Positions 1-9,498 of a stretch of DNA of 32,000 nucleotides are shown piece by piece. Origin of the DNA: Candidatus Mediterraneibacter norwichensis (lineage in GTDB: Bacteria; Bacillota; Clostridia; Lachnospirales; Lachnospiraceae); assembly GCA_019112765.1 (NCBI GenBank), contig DXIU01000112.1, positions 1 to 32,000 on the forward strand, read 5' to 3'. The first letter of the stretch is position 1. Every line of letters begins with the position of its first letter. Position numbers and translations under genes: made by a program. Under the pieces are notes generated by a model, which was given only the letters and a program-made list of their open reading frames with translations, had not been told where the DNA came from and made no database searches.

Positions 1-148
1 GAGGAAATTCGGTCATCAGGGCCTTAAAAGTGAATAAGTTCGGAAGAAAAACCAGTGTTGTGGATAACTTATTTTTTCTTAGAAATTCATTGGCATATGG
101 CAGGCAAATATATTTTTACCGTTTAAAACTGGGCAGTCTTCCAGGATC

Positions 149-177
149 TTGACATGCGGTTATTTTTGTGCTAATTT
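149..177 (+). promoter_or_regulatory. Candidate sigma-A promoter, TTGACA-N17-TAATTT with a TGn extended -10
   Basis: TTGACA lies at 149-154. A 17-nt spacer ends in TGc, and TAATTT lies at 172-177. This is motif reading only, and the -10 is weak. Confidence 0.35.
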
Positions 178-210
178 TTATGGAAAGAATTTATAACAGA
201 TAATCTGAAA

Positions 211-243
211 AGCGAATAAAGCAATTTATTCGCTATGTTTTTT
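211..243 (+). terminator. Intrinsic-terminator-like hairpin in the lon upstream region
   Basis: A 10-bp stem agcgaataaa (211-220) pairs with tttattcgct (225-234) around a gcaa loop. A run of 6 T follows at 238-243. Confidence 0.4.
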
Positions 244-251
244 CAGTTGGA

Positions 252-278
252 TTAGCACTCGTTTGATTTGAGTGCTGA
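252..278 (+). promoter_or_regulatory. CIRCE operator (HrcA binding site) upstream of lon
   Basis: TTAGCACTC-N9-GAGTGCTGA matches the CIRCE consensus TTAGCACTC-N9-GAGTGCTAA at 17 of 18 positions. It ends 25 nt before the lon start codon. Confidence 0.8.
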
Positions 279-303
279 CAAGAAAGTAAAGGAGGAATAC
301 TTC

Positions 304-2610
304 ATGATTATACGTCCCATTTATAATATACTGCTTCTTCCGGATGTCACATATTATTTTAAAGCAGACTTTTTCAGCGAATCTGCCGGCGGACAGCTGG
401 AAGCGGGAACAGATATCATTTTCGCCTTTGTGAAGGAGGATATCGGGGATTCCTCCCTTCAGCCGGGAGATTTCTACCCCATAGGGCTCTCTGCGAGGAT
501 AGAAAATATCGGCGAGGATGATGCCGTACAGGTACGTACGCTGCACCGTGTCGTCCTCACTGACATTACAGTGGATCAGGATGAGGTCCGTGCATCCGTC
601 TCCCTGCGTCCGGACATAGAAGATATGACGGAAGAGCAGCAGAAAGAAGAATTTTCCCGTCTGAGGGGCTCTCTCCTCAAGTTTGTCCAGGGCTATCAGT
701 GGGGCCTCTGGGCAAGAGGATTTATCCTGCAGCGGAAAACAATGTCTGATCTGGCCTCCTCCCTGTCTGACTATCTGAATCTGACGGCAGAGGAAAAATA
801 CGCGATTCTCGCATGCGACTCAGTACAGAACAGATACCGCCTGATTGAGAAAGCGGTGCAGGAATTTATGGAAGTGGCAAAAGTTGCCGCGGAAGCACAG
901 GACGCGCAGAAAAACAATCAGGAGCAGCTTTACCGGGAAGCCGCCCTGAAAAAGCAGATTGACTATCTGCAGAAAGAACTGGATGACATGCACCCGGAAA
1001 ATATATCTGATGTAAGAAAATTCGAGAAAAAGATCGAAGCCTCCGGCATGAATGAAGAAGCCCGCAAAGAGGCGGAAAAGGTCCTGAACCGCATGCGCCA
1101 GGAAGGAAAGGAAAGCCATGAGTACGGGCTGCTCTACGACTATCTGGACTTTGTAACCAGCCTGTCCTGGAAACCTCCGAAATTTGAAGCCATTGATCTT
1201 ACCCGGGCCGAAGAGGTTCTGGACGAAGACCACTACGGCCTGAAAAAAGTCAAGAAGAGGATCATTCAGCAGCTTGCCGTTATGGCTCTGAACAAGAAAC
1301 AGTACGGTTCGATCCTGCTCTTCGTGGGCGCGCCCGGGACCGGAAAAACCAGTATCGGCCAGAGCATTGCCCGGGCTCTCGGCAGAGAGTACGTCCGCAT
1401 CAGTCTGGGCGGCATCCGGGACGAGGCGGAAATCCGCGGTCACCGCAGAACCTATATCGGCGCCATGCCCGGAAGAATTATGGAGGGGATGAAACGGAGC
1501 GGAGTTTCCAATCCTGTCATGGTTCTGGATGAGGTAGATAAACTGGCCAGGGACTACGGCGGCGACCCGGCCAGCGCGCTTCTGGAAGTACTGGATCCGG
1601 AACAGAACAACACCTTCACCGACCATTATATGAATGTGCCCTACGACCTGTCCAATGTGCTCTTCGTATGTACGGCAAACACTACGGATACCATTCCGGA
1701 AGCTCTGCTTAACCGTATGGAAGTCATTTCCTTCCCGGGCTATACCGCAGTTGAGAAATATCAGATCGCAAGGAAGCATCTGATTCCGAAAGCCATGGAA
1801 ACCATGGGCATTCAGAAAAACCAGCTGAAAATCTCAGACAGCGCACTCCGCCGGATCATCGAAGAATACACCATGGAATCGGGCGTCCGTGATCTGAAGA
1901 AAAACATTGAGACACTGTGCCGCACTGCCGCTGTTCAGCTTGTAAAAGGCAGCGCTCCCGGCTCTGATTCAGATGCCCCGGCATCATCCGCGGCATCTCC
2001 GGTGTCCGTAACCAAAAATAATCTTACCGGGTATCTTGGCCGGCCGGCCCTCCACCGGGAACGCCGGCTGACCACATCCACCCCCGGCGTTGTTACCGGA
2101 CTTGCCTGGACGCGGGCCGGCGGCGAGATTCTGTTTATCGAGAGCCGTCTCACCAAAGGCAAAGGCCGTCTGACAATCACCGGCCAGCTTGGAGATGTGA
2201 TGAAAGAATCGGTGCAGATCGCCCTGACGCTTGTGAAGTCACTCTACCCGAAGGAATGCAAAGTATTCGAAGACCATGATCTTCATATTCACGTTCCCGC
2301 AGGCGCCGTACCGAAAGACGGTCCCTCCGCAGGCATCACTCTGGTTACCGCCCTTGCCTCTCTTATTACCGGAAGGCCGGCGGATCCGGACAGCGCCATG
2401 ACCGGAGAAGTCTCCCTGCGGGGCGGCGTAATGCCAATCGGCGGTCTTCCCGAAAAACTGATGGCTGCCCAGCGCGCAGGCATTAAGCGGGTATTTATCC
2501 CTTACGATAATGTGGAGGATCTGGAAGACGTGGCAGAGGAAGTAAAAGAAAAACTGACCATTGTGCCGGTGAAAAAAGTAAACGACGTGCTGAAAGCCGT
2601 CCTGGAATAG
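304..2610 (+). CDS. lon: ATP-dependent Lon protease (LonA type)
   Basis: The protein has an N-terminal LON domain, the Walker A motif GAPGTGKTS, and a C-terminal protease domain with PKDGPSAG (catalytic Ser) and a downstream Lys. I moved the start from the track's TTG at 268 to ATG 304, which sits 8 nt after the AAAGGAGG Shine-Dalgarno (SD) sequence at 288-295. Confidence 0.95.
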   Translation: MIIRPIYNILLLPDVTYYFKADFFSESAGGQLEAGTDIIFAFVKEDIGDSSLQPGDFYPIGLSARIENIGEDDAVQVRTLHRVVLTDITVDQDEVRASVSLRPDIEDMTEEQQKEEFSRLRGSLLKFVQGYQWGLWARGFILQRKTMSDLASSLSDYLNLTAEEKYAILACDSVQNRYRLIEKAVQEFMEVAKVAAEAQDAQKNNQEQLYREAALKKQIDYLQKELDDMHPENISDVRKFEKKIEASGMNEEARKEAEKVLNRMRQEGKESHEYGLLYDYLDFVTSLSWKPPKFEAIDLTRAEEVLDEDHYGLKKVKKRIIQQLAVMALNKKQYGSILLFVGAPGTGKTSIGQSIARALGREYVRISLGGIRDEAEIRGHRRTYIGAMPGRIMEGMKRSGVSNPVMVLDEVDKLARDYGGDPASALLEVLDPEQNNTFTDHYMNVPYDLSNVLFVCTANTTDTIPEALLNRMEVISFPGYTAVEKYQIARKHLIPKAMETMGIQKNQLKISDSALRRIIEEYTMESGVRDLKKNIETLCRTAAVQLVKGSAPGSDSDAPASSAASPVSVTKNNLTGYLGRPALHRERRLTTSTPGVVTGLAWTRAGGEILFIESRLTKGKGRLTITGQLGDVMKESVQIALTLVKSLYPKECKVFEDHDLHIHVPAGAVPKDGPSAGITLVTALASLITGRPADPDSAMTGEVSLRGGVMPIGGLPEKLMAAQRAGIKRVFIPYDNVEDLEDVAEEVKEKLTIVPVKKVNDVLKAVLE

Positions 2611-2621
2611 AGGAAGACATA

Positions 2622-2664
2622 AACCGGGGAGGCAGTCAGAGTTTATCTGACTGCCTCCCCGGTT
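2622..2664. terminator. Bidirectional intrinsic terminator between convergent lon and metG
   Basis: A perfect 19-bp stem aaccggggaggcagtcaga pairs with tctgactgcctccccggtt around a gttta loop. Confidence 0.75.
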
Positions 2665-2737
2665 ATAATTTATCCTCTCTCCGTTCCATACTGACCGTTC
2701 ACTGATCCGTGCTGATCTGGTTCCGGAATCTCCTGCA

Positions 2738-4645
2738 TCAGCAGATCTCGGCGCCTGCCGGCATATCTTTTTCCGGAACAACAAGAGCCAGATTGCCTTT
2801 GTCGTCTTCCGCGCAGAGAAGCATTCCCTCTGAGAGAACTCCTGCCAGTTTCGCCGGTTTCAGGTTCACCAGCACCATGACTTTCTTGCCGACCATCTCT
2901 TCCGGCGTGTAGTGCGCCTTGATGCCGGATACGATCTGTTTTACCTGGCTTCCGATCTTTACCTGAGAGCAGAGAAGCTTTTTGGACTTTTTCACTTCCT
3001 CGCAGGCAATGATCTCTCCGACCTGGAACTGCATTGCGCCGAACTGGTCAAATGTAATTTCCGGTTTCGCCTCAATGTCGATCACCGGTTCTTCCTCTTT
3101 GTTTTCTCCGGAAACTTCCTCTGTATGCGGATGAAGTTCTTCCACTTTTTTCATAACTTCTTCAACATCCAGTCTCTGGAACAGAATCTCCGGCTTATCG
3201 GTTACATGTCCGCCGCCCAGCTGTTCCAGAATCTTTTTGCTGGTTGAGGGCATAAAGGACTCCAGAAGCTCCGCGCCCACGGAGATGGACTGAATCAGAT
3301 TCCACAGCACTGTCTCCAGCCGGTCTTTCTTCGCCTCATCTTTTGCCAGTACCCACGGCATTGTCTCGTCAATATATTTGTTGCAGCGTTTGAACAGGTT
3401 GAAGATCTCGGTTATGGCGTCCGCCACTCTCAGGCGGTCCATCTTCTCCTCTACTGCCTTCGGTGTGTTTTCCGCTACCGCTTTCAGATCCGCGTCTACA
3501 TCCTCTGTCACATTCTTGTCTGTCACTGTGCCGCCGAAATATTTATTTGTCATGGAAACCGTACGGTTTACCAGATTGCCCAGCGTATTTGCCAGATCGG
3601 AATTCAGACGCTCCACCATCAGCTCCCAGGTAATCACTCCGTCATTTTCAAAGGGCATCTCGTGAAGCACGAAATAACGCACCGCGTCAACGCCGAAGAA
3701 ATCTACCAGTTCATCTGCATAGAGCACATTTCCCTTTGATTTGCTCATTTTTCCGTCGCCCTGGAGCAGCCACGGATGGCCGAACACCTGCTTGGGAAGC
3801 GGCAGGCCGAGCGCCATCAGGAAGATCGGCCAGTAAATCGTATGGAAACGGATAATATCCTTTCCGATCAGATGCAGGTCTGCCGGCCACAGTTTTTCAA
3901 ACTGCTCTGTACTGTTTCCGTCCGCGTCATAGCCGATTCCGGTAATATAGTTGGTAAGGGCGTCAAGCCACACATATGTGACATGCTTCGGGTCAAAATC
4001 AACGGGAATTCCCCATTTGAATGAAGTTCTGGATACGCACAGATCCTGCAGGCCCGGGAGAAGGAAATTGTTCATCATCTCGTTTTTCCTGGAAACCGGC
4101 TGGATAAACTCCGGGTGTTCGTTGATATACTCGATCAGACGGTCTGCGTATTTGCTCATTTTAAAGAAGTACGCCTCCTCTTTTGCCGGCTGTACTTCCC
4201 GTCCGCAGTCCGGACATTTTCCGTCCACAAGCTGGGACTCGGTAAAGAATGACTCACATGGCGTACAGTACAGTCCTTCATAGTATCCTTTATAAATGTC
4301 GCCCTGGTCATACAGTTTTCTGAAAATCTTCTGCACCTGGCGCTCATGGTCCTCGTCTGTGGTGCGGATGAATTTGTCGTAGGATGTATCCATCAGATCC
4401 CAGATTCTCTTAATCTCCGCGGATACATTATCCACAAACTCCTTCGGTGTGACTCCGGCCTCCTCCGCTTTCAGCTCGATCTTCTGGCCGTGCTCGTCTG
4501 TGCCGGTCTGAAAGAACACATCATACCCCTGGCTTCTTTTGTATCTTGCAATCGCGTCCGCCAGCACAATCTCATACGTATTGCCGATGTGGGGCTTGCC
4601 TGAAGTATAGGCAATGGCTGTTGTAATATAATACTTCTCTTTCAT
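2738..4645 (-). CDS. metG: Methionyl-tRNA synthetase with C-terminal EMAPII/Trbp111-like tRNA-binding domain
   Basis: The HIGH motif (PHIGN), the KMSKS motif, the Cys knuckle CTPC...CPDC and the C-terminal OB-fold tail (LVNLKPAKLAGVLSEGM) are all present. A GGAGGA SD sequence precedes ATG 4645. Confidence 0.97.
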   Translation of the reverse strand: MKEKYYITTAIAYTSGKPHIGNTYEIVLADAIARYKRSQGYDVFFQTGTDEHGQKIELKAEEAGVTPKEFVDNVSAEIKRIWDLMDTSYDKFIRTTDEDHERQVQKIFRKLYDQGDIYKGYYEGLYCTPCESFFTESQLVDGKCPDCGREVQPAKEEAYFFKMSKYADRLIEYINEHPEFIQPVSRKNEMMNNFLLPGLQDLCVSRTSFKWGIPVDFDPKHVTYVWLDALTNYITGIGYDADGNSTEQFEKLWPADLHLIGKDIIRFHTIYWPIFLMALGLPLPKQVFGHPWLLQGDGKMSKSKGNVLYADELVDFFGVDAVRYFVLHEMPFENDGVITWELMVERLNSDLANTLGNLVNRTVSMTNKYFGGTVTDKNVTEDVDADLKAVAENTPKAVEEKMDRLRVADAITEIFNLFKRCNKYIDETMPWVLAKDEAKKDRLETVLWNLIQSISVGAELLESFMPSTSKKILEQLGGGHVTDKPEILFQRLDVEEVMKKVEELHPHTEEVSGENKEEEPVIDIEAKPEITFDQFGAMQFQVGEIIACEEVKKSKKLLCSQVKIGSQVKQIVSGIKAHYTPEEMVGKKVMVLVNLKPAKLAGVLSEGMLLCAEDDKGNLALVVPEKDMPAGAEIC

Positions 4646-4786
4646 TTTTCCTCCTTCCGGGACGCCGTCCGCTTCGTTTTCACCGCGTCCCCGTTTCTGA
4701 TTTACTCTGTCCTTTTCTTCTGCTTTTGTTCCTTCCGACCATTTTCATATCCTGACATGGATTTCAGCTAAACAAAGTTTTCTGCC

Positions 4787-5158
4787 AAATAAAAACCCGT
4801 CTTCCTGTAATTAAGAAGACGGGTGATTGCCGTGTTACCACTTCTCTTCGTCTCTCCCTCACGGCAGAGACCTCAGCAAGTGCCTGTCAGCACTTCTCCG
4901 CTGTAATGGGCGGACCCATCGCAGCCTTACTGTAAGCATCCGTTCCTTTTGTCCGGAACGTTTATCACAAGATGCGCGCCTGCACATCTGTCCGCTTCGC
5001 AGTTCGGTGCGCTGCTCGGAAGCCATTTTCGCCTGCGTTCCATCCATCCCTCGCAGCATGGGATATGGCCTTCATATCCCCGGGATTTCTCTGTAGAATA
5101 TCCGGCAGGTTACTCTCTTCGTCGTCGCTTTTCCAACTATCCTGATCTGTTCTGGTCT
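4787..5158 (-). promoter_or_regulatory. T-box leader riboswitch, probably Met-specific, controlling metG
   Basis: The minus strand reads AGAAGUGGUAACACGGCAAUCACCCGUCUUC...GAAGACGGGUUUUUAUUU. This contains a T-box-like GUGGUAAC-CGG element (plus 4830-4847) overlapping the 5' arm of a 10-bp terminator (4795-4804 with 4815-4824) plus a U-run. A candidate specifier GAAA-AUG-G lies at plus 5024-5026. The 5' boundary is inferred from a candidate promoter. Confidence 0.7.
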
Positions 5159-5165
5159 GATAAAA

Positions 5166-5194
5166 AGGTTAGCACAGGCGCGGAGAAATGTCAA
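5166..5194 (-). promoter_or_regulatory. Candidate promoter for the metG T-box leader
   Basis: The minus strand reads TTGACA-N17-TAACCT preceded by TGn. TTGACA corresponds to plus 5189-5194. Confidence 0.35.
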
Positions 5195-5266
5195 CCGCCG
5201 GATTTCCGCGTCTGCCGGATTTCCGGCCGCCTTTCCTCTTTTACGGATATGCAGGGCAAACTCGGT

Positions 5267-6442
5267 TTAAAGCCTGCATCTGAAATCTTCATATCCGAAC
5301 TTCCGGATCGCCTGGCAGTCTCCGTTTTCCCGCTCCAGTATAATATCCGGAAGTTTCATTCCGTTAAAAGTATTATTTTTCACCATTGTGTAAATGGCCA
5401 TATCCTGGAACTCCAGCCTGTCTCCCGGCTGAAGCTGTTGTCTGAATGTATAGTCTCCGATCACATCCCCGGCAAGACAGGTGGGTCCGGCCAGCCGGTA
5501 TACATAAGGCCTGTCTGCCGTTCCCCTGGCCGGCGCTCCTTCCGCCTCCCCTTTCTCCGGCTCTCCCGCGTCTTTCAGCGGCGGACGGTAGGGCATCTCC
5601 AGAACATCCGGCATATGGCAGGCCGCAGAGGTATCCAGAATGGCGATCTTCATGCCGTTTTCCACAATCTCCAGGACCTGCGTCAGCAGGATGCCGGCGT
5701 CCAGCGCCACGGCTTCCCCTGGTTCCAGATATACTTCCACATCATAGGTTTCCTTCACATGGCGGATGCATTTCTCCAGAAGAGCTCTGTCATAATCCTT
5801 CCGTGTTATATGATGGCCGCCGCCGAAGTTTACCCACTTCATATGATAAAGATAATCACCGAACTTCTCTTCCACTGCTTCCAGTGTCTCTGCCAGTGCA
5901 TCCGCGTTCTGCTCGCACAGGGTGTGAAAATGAATTCCGTCCAGGCTCCGGATCTCCTCATCTGTCAGTTCCCGCCGGAACTGTTCCGCCGTGGTTCCGA
6001 GTCGGGAAAAGGGCGCGCAGGGGTCGTAGATGGCATGGCCTTCCTGGGTGGAGCGCTCCGGATTTACCCGGAGTCCGATGCTTCTTCCCGCCTGTTTTGC
6101 CCGCTCCCTGTACTTCTTCAGCTGGGCCGGGGAATTAAAAACCACATGGCCGCAGTATTTCAGGATTTCCTCCATCTCCTCTTCCCGGTAAGCGGGAGAG
6201 AAGATGTGATTTTCCCGGCCCATCTCCTCATAGCCCAGCCGCGCTTCGTAAAGCCCGCTGGCAGTGGTTCCGTCCAGATACTCACCGATCAGCGGATAGA
6301 CGCTGTACATGGAAAATGCCTTCTGGGCCAGCAGGATTCTGCATCCGGTCCGCTCTCGGAGATCTTTTAATATCTGCAGATTCTCTTTTAATTTCTCTTC
6401 CTGTATTACATAACAGGGGGTTCTCAGTTCTTCTCTTCGCAC
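5267..6442 (-). CDS. nspC: Carboxy(nor)spermidine decarboxylase (CANSDC/CASDC)
   Basis: This is a 391-aa alanine-racemase-fold PLP decarboxylase. Its N-terminus (TPCYVIQEEKL...ILLAQKAFS) and length are typical of NspC, and it lies immediately after the dehydrogenase partner. It uses a GTG start with a GAGGGAAG SD sequence. Confidence 0.88.
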   Translation of the reverse strand: MRREELRTPCYVIQEEKLKENLQILKDLRERTGCRILLAQKAFSMYSVYPLIGEYLDGTTASGLYEARLGYEEMGRENHIFSPAYREEEMEEILKYCGHVVFNSPAQLKKYRERAKQAGRSIGLRVNPERSTQEGHAIYDPCAPFSRLGTTAEQFRRELTDEEIRSLDGIHFHTLCEQNADALAETLEAVEEKFGDYLYHMKWVNFGGGHHITRKDYDRALLEKCIRHVKETYDVEVYLEPGEAVALDAGILLTQVLEIVENGMKIAILDTSAACHMPDVLEMPYRPPLKDAGEPEKGEAEGAPARGTADRPYVYRLAGPTCLAGDVIGDYTFRQQLQPGDRLEFQDMAIYTMVKNNTFNGMKLPDIILERENGDCQAIRKFGYEDFRCRL

Positions 6443-6454
6443 GTTCTTCCCTCT

Positions 6455-7657
6455 TTAGTCCACCAGTTCCGGATTCTCGCTGATCTTCCAGGGCAGCCCC
6501 CACTTATTCAGCGCGTCCATAAACGGATCCGGATCAAACTCTTCCATGTTGTAGACGCCCGGCTTTCTCCAGGTTCCGTTCATCACCAGCATGGCGCCGA
6601 TCATTGCCGGAACTCCTGTTGTATAAGCCACCGCCTGGGACTCTACCTCCCGGTAGCACTCCTGATGGTCACAGGTATTGTAGATGTACAGTTTCTTCTC
6701 TTTTCCGTCTTTCTTTCCGATAAAGATACAGCCGATATTTGTCTTTCCTTTTGTCCTCGGTCCCAGCGTAGCCGGATCCGGAAGGAGCGTCTTTAAAAAC
6801 TGCAGCGGAACGATGGGTCTTCCCTCGTACATAACAGGCTCAATGGACGTCATTCCCACATCTTCCAGACAGCGGAGATGGTTCAGATAGCTCTCTCCGA
6901 ATGTCATGAAGAAACGGATTCTCCGGATTCCCGGAACATTCAGCGCAAGCGACTCGATCTCCTCATGGTGAAGAAGATACATATCTTTCTTTCCGATCTC
7001 CGGGAAATTATAGACACGCTTGATCTCCATGGGCTCTGTTTCAACCCAGCGTCCGTTCTCCCAGTAGGATCCCTTTGCAGATACCTCGCGGATGTTGATC
7101 TCCGGATTGAAATTCGTGGCAAAGGGATAGCCGTTGTCTCCTGCATTGCAGTCAAGAATGTCGATATAGTTTATTTCATCAAAATAATGTTTCAGCGCGT
7201 AAGCGGTAAATACATTCGTCACGCCCGGATCAAATCCGCTTCCCAGAAGCGCCGTAAGTCCGGCCTTCTCGAAGCGCTCCCGGTATTCCCACTGCCACTT
7301 GTATTCAAACTTCGCCGTATCCTCCGGCTCATAGTTGGCTGTGTCAATATAGTGCACGCCTGCTGCCAGACACGCTTCCATAATCAGCAGATCCTGATAG
7401 GGCAGCGCCAGATTCAGCACCACGTCCGGCTTTTCTTTCCGGATCAGGGCAGTCAGCACTGCCGTATCATCCGCGTCCACCTGCGCGGTTGTAATCTTTG
7501 TTTTCGTCTTTCCCTGAAGCTTCTCCTTCAGCGCGTCACATTTTGACACAGTTCTGCTGGCAATACACAGCTCGGAAAACACATCACTGTTCTGACAGAT
7601 TTTATGAATTGCCACACCGGCCACGCCTCCGCAGCCCACTACCATTACTTTTCCCAT
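6455..7657 (-). CDS. Carboxy(nor)spermidine dehydrogenase/synthase (saccharopine dehydrogenase family)
   Basis: The protein has an N-terminal Rossmann motif VVGCGGVAG and is 400 aa long. It is in the saccharopine dehydrogenase-like family and is paired with nspC. A GGAAGGAGA SD sequence precedes the start. Confidence 0.88.
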   Translation of the reverse strand: MGKVMVVGCGGVAGVAIHKICQNSDVFSELCIASRTVSKCDALKEKLQGKTKTKITTAQVDADDTAVLTALIRKEKPDVVLNLALPYQDLLIMEACLAAGVHYIDTANYEPEDTAKFEYKWQWEYRERFEKAGLTALLGSGFDPGVTNVFTAYALKHYFDEINYIDILDCNAGDNGYPFATNFNPEINIREVSAKGSYWENGRWVETEPMEIKRVYNFPEIGKKDMYLLHHEEIESLALNVPGIRRIRFFMTFGESYLNHLRCLEDVGMTSIEPVMYEGRPIVPLQFLKTLLPDPATLGPRTKGKTNIGCIFIGKKDGKEKKLYIYNTCDHQECYREVESQAVAYTTGVPAMIGAMLVMNGTWRKPGVYNMEEFDPDPFMDALNKWGLPWKISENPELVD

Positions 7658-7742
7658 TTTTTCGTCTCCTTCCTCCCGCGTCCCGCAGGATGTACTTCTT
7701 TCTGTACCTTATTTATTTCTCTTTTCTCTGTTATTCTCTGTT

Positions 7743-8612
7743 TTATTTATTTTTTCTCTGTCCGGCCAGCGCGATAAGCATTTCCCTTACAATCTTGCAC
7801 GCCGCCGCCGTGGACGCTCCGGTGGGATCGCAGGGCGGACACAGCTCGGTTACGTCACAGCCGATAATATCCGCCCGGCCGCACACAGCCGAAGCCCCCT
7901 TCATCGCCGTCAGGAAATCCACGCCTCCCGGTTCCGGAGTTCCCGTTCCCGGGAATACCGAAGGATCCATAACATCCAGATCCAGGGTAAAATACACCGG
8001 TTTCCCTTTCAGTTCATCCAGCACCTGTTCCAGACCGTCCAGGGTAAACGGATGGAAATCCGTGTGTCCGCTTTTCGCCCAGTCAAATTCCTCTTTCTCG
8101 CCGGACCGGATACCGAACTGATGAATCCGCCCGTCGCCCAGTATTTCCCAGCATCTTCGGATTACACAGGCATGGGAGAGCTCCACTCCCAGATAATCCC
8201 TGCGCAGATCCGTATGGGCGTCAAAATGGATCATATGCAGATCCGGATATTTCTCCGCGGCCGCCCGGATACTTCCCAGAGTGACCAGATGCTCCCCTCC
8301 GATCAGGAAGGGCAGTTTTCCGTCCTTCAGAATCTGCGCCGCGCAGGCTTCTATCTCCTCCAGAGATTTCTCTGAACTGCCGATGGCCAGTTCCAGATCT
8401 CCGCAGTCACAGACCAGGTTTTCCGGCAGTTCCAGGTCCTGATACGGGCTGTACAGCTCCAGTCCGTAAGAGTCATTGCGCATGCTCTGACCTGCGAACC
8501 GGGTTCCCGGCCGGAAGGATGTGGTGGAATCAAAAGGCGCGCCGAAGAGGACGATCTCCGCCTCATCATATTCCGCGTCACATCCCATAAAATTGGTTAC
8601 ATTTTTCTGCAT
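7743..8612 (-). CDS. speB: Agmatinase / ureohydrolase family protein
   Basis: The arginase-family metal-binding motifs GGEH, FDAHTDLR and LDLDVMDP are present in a 289-aa protein. Confidence 0.9.
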   Translation of the reverse strand: MQKNVTNFMGCDAEYDEAEIVLFGAPFDSTTSFRPGTRFAGQSMRNDSYGLELYSPYQDLELPENLVCDCGDLELAIGSSEKSLEEIEACAAQILKDGKLPFLIGGEHLVTLGSIRAAAEKYPDLHMIHFDAHTDLRRDYLGVELSHACVIRRCWEILGDGRIHQFGIRSGEKEEFDWAKSGHTDFHPFTLDGLEQVLDELKGKPVYFTLDLDVMDPSVFPGTGTPEPGGVDFLTAMKGASAVCGRADIIGCDVTELCPPCDPTGASTAAACKIVREMLIALAGQRKNK

Positions 8613-8631
8613 CTTTTCTTCTCCTGTTCTT

Positions 8632-9498
8632 CTACTCTTCTACGTCCTCAAGCAGTTCTTCCACATAGACCGGAAGCGCGAACACTCCCGCATGGAGCCG
8701 GGGCTCGTAGTATTTTGTACGGATGCCCCGGAGTTTCCATCCCACTTTGTCCAGATCATCCAGCGGATGATATTTCTTTGAGGCGAATCCGAACAGCCAG
8801 TGTCCCGACGGATAAGAGGGAATATGCGCCTGGTAAACCCGGCAGATCGGAAACGTCTCCACGATTCTCTTGTGCATCCTCTGGCACTGGAAAGCCTCTT
8901 CTGTATAAAACGGACTCTCATTCTGATTGATCATGATTCCGTCTTCGTGAAGGGCATTGTAGCAGTTTCCGTAAAATTCCTTTGTAAAAAGGCCTTCGCC
9001 CGCTCCGAAAGGATTCGGCGAGTCTATAATAATCAGATCATAGGCGTCCCCTTTGGACCGGATAAACTTTACGCCGTCCTCATGAAAGATCTGAACCCTC
9101 TCATCGGTCAGACTGGCGGCAATCTCCGGAATGTATTTTCTGCACACTTCAACCAGAAGGGGATCCGGTTCAACCACATCGATTTTTTCTATCGTATCGT
9201 ATTTGATCAGCTCCCTGACCACGCCGCCGTCTCCTCCGCCTACGACGAGAACCTCTTTCACATCGGGATGCACCGCCATAGGGACATGCGTAATCATTTC
9301 GTGATAAATAAATTCATCCCGCTCCGTAAGCATCAGATCCCCGTCCACTACCAGGATCTTCCCGAAATCTTTTGACTCCAGCACGTCGATCCGCTGGACT
9401 TCACTCTGGGAACTGAACAGCTGCTCCTCAATGCGGATCGACAGCTTCACACCGTCTGTATGAATATCTGAAAACCACATTTCCATCTCTTTTGTCAC
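8632..9498 (-). CDS. speE: Spermidine synthase-type aminopropyltransferase
   Basis: The motifs VLVVGGGDGGVVRE and IIIDSPNPFG are present, along with an N-terminal MWFSD tetramerisation-domain start. The true start may be ATG 9486 rather than the track's GTG 9498. Confidence 0.9.
   Translation of the reverse strand: MTKEMEMWFSDIHTDGVKLSIRIEEQLFSSQSEVQRIDVLESKDFGKILVVDGDLMLTERDEFIYHEMITHVPMAVHPDVKEVLVVGGGDGGVVRELIKYDTIEKIDVVEPDPLLVEVCRKYIPEIAASLTDERVQIFHEDGVKFIRSKGDAYDLIIIDSPNPFGAGEGLFTKEFYGNCYNALHEDGIMINQNESPFYTEEAFQCQRMHKRIVETFPICRVYQAHIPSYPSGHWLFGFASKKYHPLDDLDKVGWKLRGIRTKYYEPRLHAGVFALPVYVEELLEDVEE

Noticed and set aside
34-100. Possible terminator hairpin aataagtt...aacttatt followed by a T-run at the left edge
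   Set aside because: The stem is only 8 bp of A/T with a ~25-nt loop, and the upstream gene is not visible. The evidence is too weak to call.
268-303. N-terminal extensions proposed by the ORF track for lon (268), speA (11118), the response regulator (16230), the cupin-like gene (20265), hydA (22959) and the methyltransferase (27961)
   Set aside because: In each case an internal start codon lies 5-9 nt downstream of a strong SD sequence. The extension itself lacks an SD sequence or runs through a hairpin, CIRCE element or promoter.
820-1779. A 319-aa minus-strand ORF inside lon
   Set aside because: It is antisense to the conserved Lon AAA+ domain and has no recognisable motifs. This is a typical shadow ORF of GC-rich coding sequence.
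4949-6370. A 473-aa plus-strand ORF spanning the metG leader and lying antisense to nspC
   Set aside because: It is the mirror frame of a well-supported minus-strand gene. Its composition is Arg/Pro/Ser/Gly-rich and low in complexity, it has no SD sequence, and it overlaps the T-box leader.
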